Assembly: GCA_900088475.1 (NCBI GenBank)
Contig: FLMG01001487.1
Coordinates: 1 to 64,000 of the forward strand
Direction of reading: 5' to 3'
Length of the DNA: 64,000 bases
DNA from: Hyphochytrium catenoides
Lineage: Eukaryota > Protista > Hyphochytriomycota
Part shown: positions 59,187 to 64,000 of the stretch, one piece after another
How positions within the stretch are numbered: position 1 is the first letter of the stretch
How the letters are laid out: the number at the start of each line of letters is the position of its first letter
Program-made: the position numbers and the translations under genes
The notes under the pieces: model-generated
Seen by the model: the letters and a program-made list of their open reading frames with translations, nothing else
The model's database searches: none
Told to the model about the DNA's origin: nothing

Positions 59187-60410
59187 ACTTAGCATCGAAG
59201 TCAGACCTCTTGTAAGGCGCTCTATCTTTCTAGCGATCGGTTGAACCTGGTCGATTGTGGTGAGAGTTAAAGGATGATCGCTGCAGAGGGATAAAACTTA
59301 GGAAATAATGCAAGCAGTATCCGCCCTACCGATTGTACTGCTTAGACTAATAAGCTTGCTTCTCAAGTAGAAGGTAGAGACAGATACCGCAAGTTCTGGT
59401 GGGAGACACAAACGTCAGAATCGTCTTTCAATCGTTCTTATATTGCTTCCAAGAAGCTTGAAAGTGAAAGGTCATCAAAGCATTATATTTCCTGCTCCGT
59501 CCGGTGACACGAAACGCACCTGGGGTCAATCCAGAAGTGCCCTCGCCCGTAGAAGCTGGATGCCGCCACCACACGAAGGGGTATCTAAGTCTGTGCACCC
59601 ATCGGTACAAGTCAGTCCCTATCTCTACAAGCTGTGAAACTCTACTTCTGCCTGCTGAGGCGAAACACTTTCAGCTATAACCTCAAAGGTATATCGGTTA
59701 TCCTGAAGTGACAGTCTCACTCCGGGTTGCAATGCAGATTGTCTAGTGTTGCTGGCAATGAAGCATCAAGCTCTGCTACTGCTGCCGGCCGCGGCTGCAT
59801 AAGTAGAGCTTATCTTCCTCGATCACAGGGGCTCATCAAACCCAATCTAGTCTCTTCTCTCTCTCTCTTCACCCTTCGCACCCTCGTCCACTCTCGGCTT
59901 TCCCACTGCCTCACTCTCACTCCACCCGAGTTCTCTGATATCAAAATCAGCATCAAATGATAACTGAACTGTAATCCTCCAGTAATCGTTATTCACCCTT
60001 CAACTGCAAGCTCAAGCTCTGTTGCTCTGTCTGAAACCTCTGAAGAGCACCTCATGGAGACTATTGCGACCTTCATGCATGTCATACCGCGCCAAGATGA
60101 GCCAATAAAAGTAATTTGAGAGGAGGGACCACCGCTGCGGCACTACTGCGAGGGCAATCCAAGGCTGCTTGGACAGTGCAAGCGGCTGCGCTAGCTCTTC
60201 GTGTTGCTGGCTGTCAATTCCCAAGGACTGAGGTTGTTGGCTTACGGGTGGCGATGTGGCGTTTTGTCGATGAAGGAACCCTCCTCTTGTAACGCCGCTA
60301 TGGCATCTGTATGTGCTTCAACAAAGAGCGCTGTAAAGAGTCTCATGAAGAGCACAAGCGTGTTGATCATATGACCATGGTGGCTGCATTTATCTGCCTT
60401 GTTTTATATC

Positions 60411-63400
60411 TCAAAATAATAGGGAGTCAGAACTTCGTCGACGGAGCCAACTCCTATTCACACCGAATGGTGTGAATGGAGCAGGAGTGGGAGGATCTTC
60501 CGCTCCGTTACCCCTGGGGTTGGTTGTAGAAAGAGAGTTTGAGGAGTGGGTTCGCTCTACGTCACTCAGCTCTGACGAAGCTTGTAAACTAACCGCATCC
60601 TTAGGGTCCCCGAGGTTTGATCCGGTTTGGCCCTTGTTCTGGTCTTGCCCACTTGCAAATTGGTAGAGGCTTGCCACCCTTCGAAAAGTCCTCTCTTCTT
60701 GCTCTTTGATGTGTTGGGAGATCATCCGCACCATTGCCTCTTTCCACCTCGCAATCACCTTGGTGCCTTCCTCCCGTCCTTTCTCTGTTAGCTCTGGAAA
60801 GTGACTCCAGTCTAAGAGCTTGTACTCCTGAACATGGGGCTGTATGTAGATGAGGTTGTATGACATTTTTGCCTCTTCAATCAGCTCTCTCAGCTTCTGA
60901 TTGTTGGTCAGAAAGGTAAGTCCGAGGAGAACATCAGGCAAGAAGGGCATGCTGCTGTCGTCTTCGCCCAATCCTAGATAGCCTAAGAGTGCCTGCCACA
61001 GCAACCAGCCTCCAGAGACGTGACTGTCATACATCGGTAGACCGAGGAAGATGTTCTGCTTATTTTCCACATCCACGGCGATGACAATGCCCGGGGCGAG
61101 ATCCGAGCTCACCAGTACATCCACAGGAAGGTTGTTAACGTATCCTCCGTCAACCAATGTGTCACCTTCAACACGCACAGGGGGTACTAACCCTGCCACT
61201 GACATTGAAGCGCGGACGTACTTCCAGAGAGGACCTATCCGGGGAGCGGATACAAGCGCAAGAGAGGGAGTTAAGGCAGGCGCAGGTGAAGGTGCCAGGT
61301 GAAGGATTGTCAGGAAGCCAAATTTGCCGTGGTCATTTCGTCGCGCTATGGTGCGGTTAGAATGAAGTCACGGAGAAAATAGGTACGAGGTGAAGCAAGG
61401 CGACCCAAAGCTCAAACAATAAAAACAATACAGAACTAGCCCAAACTAATCAAGGAACAATGCAAAGGAGGGAAGAACTGGGACCAGCGCAAGAGTGACT
61501 TGCGATTTGTTCATCTTTACCGGTCTGGTGGATTTGCTCTTTTGAATGGGTGACATTGGTGGTGACACAGAAAAAAGGAATCCAGAGATCTTCGACCTGT
61601 ACATCCCCAAAGACTTCTTTAAGCAGGAGATCCATTCCCTGCCCGGAAAAGTACGAGAGGATAGGGAACGTGATATCTGCCAGAGAATTGATTGGGTCGC
61701 CCATGTTTCGACAGAAGTGTTCCAACAGGGGATGCAGGGTGGTCGTACACAACGTCATAGCATAGAGGGCTGCAATCATTGAACCCTTGAAGTTGGGTCG
61801 AAATGGGAGCACGTGTTAGCATCTCTTAGTCTCTCCTCGATCGCATGAGATAAAACACGTGGGCTAGATCTAACAGAGGCTCTCAGAAGGATTTTTGGGT
61901 TAATAGAGGTTCTCTAACAGAAGGATTCACGGTTAGAGTAGCGGCCAGCAGCAGGAGGCCTCTCTAGATGGGTGGAGAAAAGAAGCTTAATTTACTAGAC
62001 CATCTTATCATAGATGCTTATATACCTGAGAGGTTCCGCCGATAACGTCAACAGGTACAGAATGAGACTCCAGAGCTTGCAGCACCCCAAAATGTGCTAG
62101 GCCTCGTGCTCCACCTCCTCCTAAAACTAGTCCCACGCTATGACCTGAGAGATGGCGGGCCAACCTGACCAATATAGCAATGGTGAGCGCGGGAGAGCAC
62201 CCAGTCTTCGCGGCAAAAAAAATACGGATGAGAAAGCGCAACTTGTCGCCATGCAGCCATTCTAGGAACCAGGAGACAGAAATAGCGGGAGTGGAAGTCG
62301 CGATATACTTGAAAGTAAACATTTGCTCAGCTTTGCCCAATAAGCCAACCTTTCTAGGTCCATCTTTACATGGTCTATGGTCAACCGGAGGTGGTGATGC
62401 TGCCTGATCTTTCTCTCAACGAACCATTCGCGAGTGTGGCTCGGCAGCTCCGGCATGCCGTAATGGAGCAGCACTAGCTCCTTTAGGGCATAGGATCGCC
62501 GTGAATGGTAGGAAGGTGAAAAGAGATAGCTCTCGATGGGACTGAGATAAATGGTTGCAAGGGGACATGTACCACATCAGGCCGGCGTCATCAGAGCATG
62601 CTATCTCTAGGATGGAGCTTGCTTCAAAATGAGGGAATCAAATAGGAATGGCTAAAAAACGAGCACTTAGGGCATCCCAACTACCACACTAAGCACCACA
62701 AGGGACAGCAAGGCATAGGTATAGTACCTGAGCACTGGATCTGCCCCTCCATCTCCAACAAGAAGAATGCAGTCTGCCATTCTAATGCAATATTTTGTCC
62801 ACTGATATCGAGAGGAAAGGTATGAGTTGGCGTTTTTCGCACACAGAGAGAATGGTAAAGATAGGGCCGCGAGTAAGGATAGTGGAATGCAAGGGCGTAG
62901 TGCACACGCCAGTGCTTCGGGGAGTTATGAGATGTTGGCAGCCGTAACAAAGCCAGCTGTTAAGAAGAAGGGTATGACTAATACACAGAAGTCTAAATCA
63001 CAAGGCAGGTATGGGATTGGGAATTGTTTCACCTCTGAAAGAAAGGAGTCTGCCTGGTACACGACGAATCGATACTTCTCTTCAAGGTCGGTGAGCCAGC
63101 TAATAATCCTTTGCTTAGAAAAGAGTGATGGAGTCGAATGGCTTGCACTTTCCCCGAGTGCTCGCTCTACCGTTTCGCTGTCAAGGTAGAACGTGGGGCC
63201 ACTTAATCCTAGCGCCGGGAGAAGCCTAAGAGTTGAGAGTTATGCTTAGAGGTGGGCAGTCCGCTGTACATGGTAGAGACGGGTGGAGAAGGTAGAGACG
63301 GGTAGAGAAGTTACAGACAACCAGGATATCGCCCTAGTTGTCAGGCCGGTGATAATTTGGAGAGGCTAAGTGTTCCCACTCTGCTCATCACTTCTCTCAA

Positions 63401-64000
63401 AAGCAAGTACTACAATGTACGAAATACAAGAAGATAACGAACAGGAAGGGCATTAACGATTCGAGAAATGAGTTCTCTCACCCTTCCGCGAACTGCTTCA
63501 TGTGGACGAGCTTGCTTCCTGCAGGTATTAGAGTTACATTGCAAAGGTTCCGAGAGATTGTTCGGGGGCTTGGTAAGGAATCCCCAGACTCCACTCTGAG
63601 GCTAGCTTCCAAAGTTTGGCGGCTACGTCGTAAAGAAGAGGGAGGACGTTAGCCAGTGACATAACAGGAGCCAGAGCATTCACTCTTGGTTATCGGGCTG
63701 TAACAGAAGCCATNNNNNNNNNNNNNNNNNNNNNNNNNNNNNNNNNNNNNNNNNNNNNNNNNNNNNNNNNNAAGAGACGGAAGGCGGCGCCGTCTGGAAT
63801 AGCTTCACTTTTTACTGCCTCCCCTTCTGGGTAAGAAGTAGCAACCGCCGCCCAGGGAGGAGGGAGAGGCATGGTCGGAGTGAAAACGGTCCGTCCACCT
63901 TTTTGCACCTCCACCTGACGGGCCAATTGAACCAGGAAGCGCTCCATAATATTGGGATATATCTACAGAGGGGAAGAGAGAGACATCCCATTACATTTAC
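60411..64000 (-). CDS. Patatin-like phospholipase, NTE/PNPLA6-7 type (5' part outside the window)
   Basis: [58 protein letters not shown]|G nucleophile motif, [22 protein letters not shown] and [11 protein letters not shown]. Confidence 0.93.
63272..63310. repeat. Short (~19-bp) intronic tandem duplication
   Basis: GGTAGAGACGGGT(G/A)GAGAA twice. Confidence 0.8.
63714..63771. other. Assembly gap (N run)
   Basis: Run of N inside the NTE-like gene; it hides an exon or an exon/intron junction. Confidence 0.99.

Overview
This is compact, intron-rich eukaryotic nuclear DNA with short GT-AG introns, CTAAC/CTGAC branch sites and one probable GC-AG intron. It probably comes from a flagellated stramenopile, inferred from CFAP58, kinesin-2 and an oomycete-style PDR transporter. 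By manual splicing I reconstruct 15 protein-coding genes, in order: an orphan Ser/Pro-rich coiled-coil protein, TatD DNase, an EH-domain synergin-gamma-like protein, an EF-hand/E2-variant fusion, a full-size ABCG (PDR) transporter, CFAP58, ER Hsp90 (GRP94), kinesin-2, a TBC+PDZ RabGAP, an orphan Cys-repeat type I membrane protein, glucosidase I (MOGS), PRP22/DHX8, a tandem double ATP-grasp ligase, CK2 beta, and the 3' part of an NTE-type patatin phospholipase. I saw no rRNA, tRNA, CRISPR array or recognisable transposon. The best candidate for an undescribed system is the ~996-aa enzyme at 51887-56508. It has two apparently intact L-amino-acid-ligase-type ATP-grasp modules, produced by an intragenic duplication that post-dates intron gain, behind an N-terminal extension with a myristoylation-like start and two RVxF-type motifs. 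Next are the EF-hand-fused, catalytically dead E2 (UEV) and a receptor-like protein with a duplicated four-cysteine ectodomain. All exon boundaries and family assignments come from reading the sequence and recalled motifs, not from database searches.
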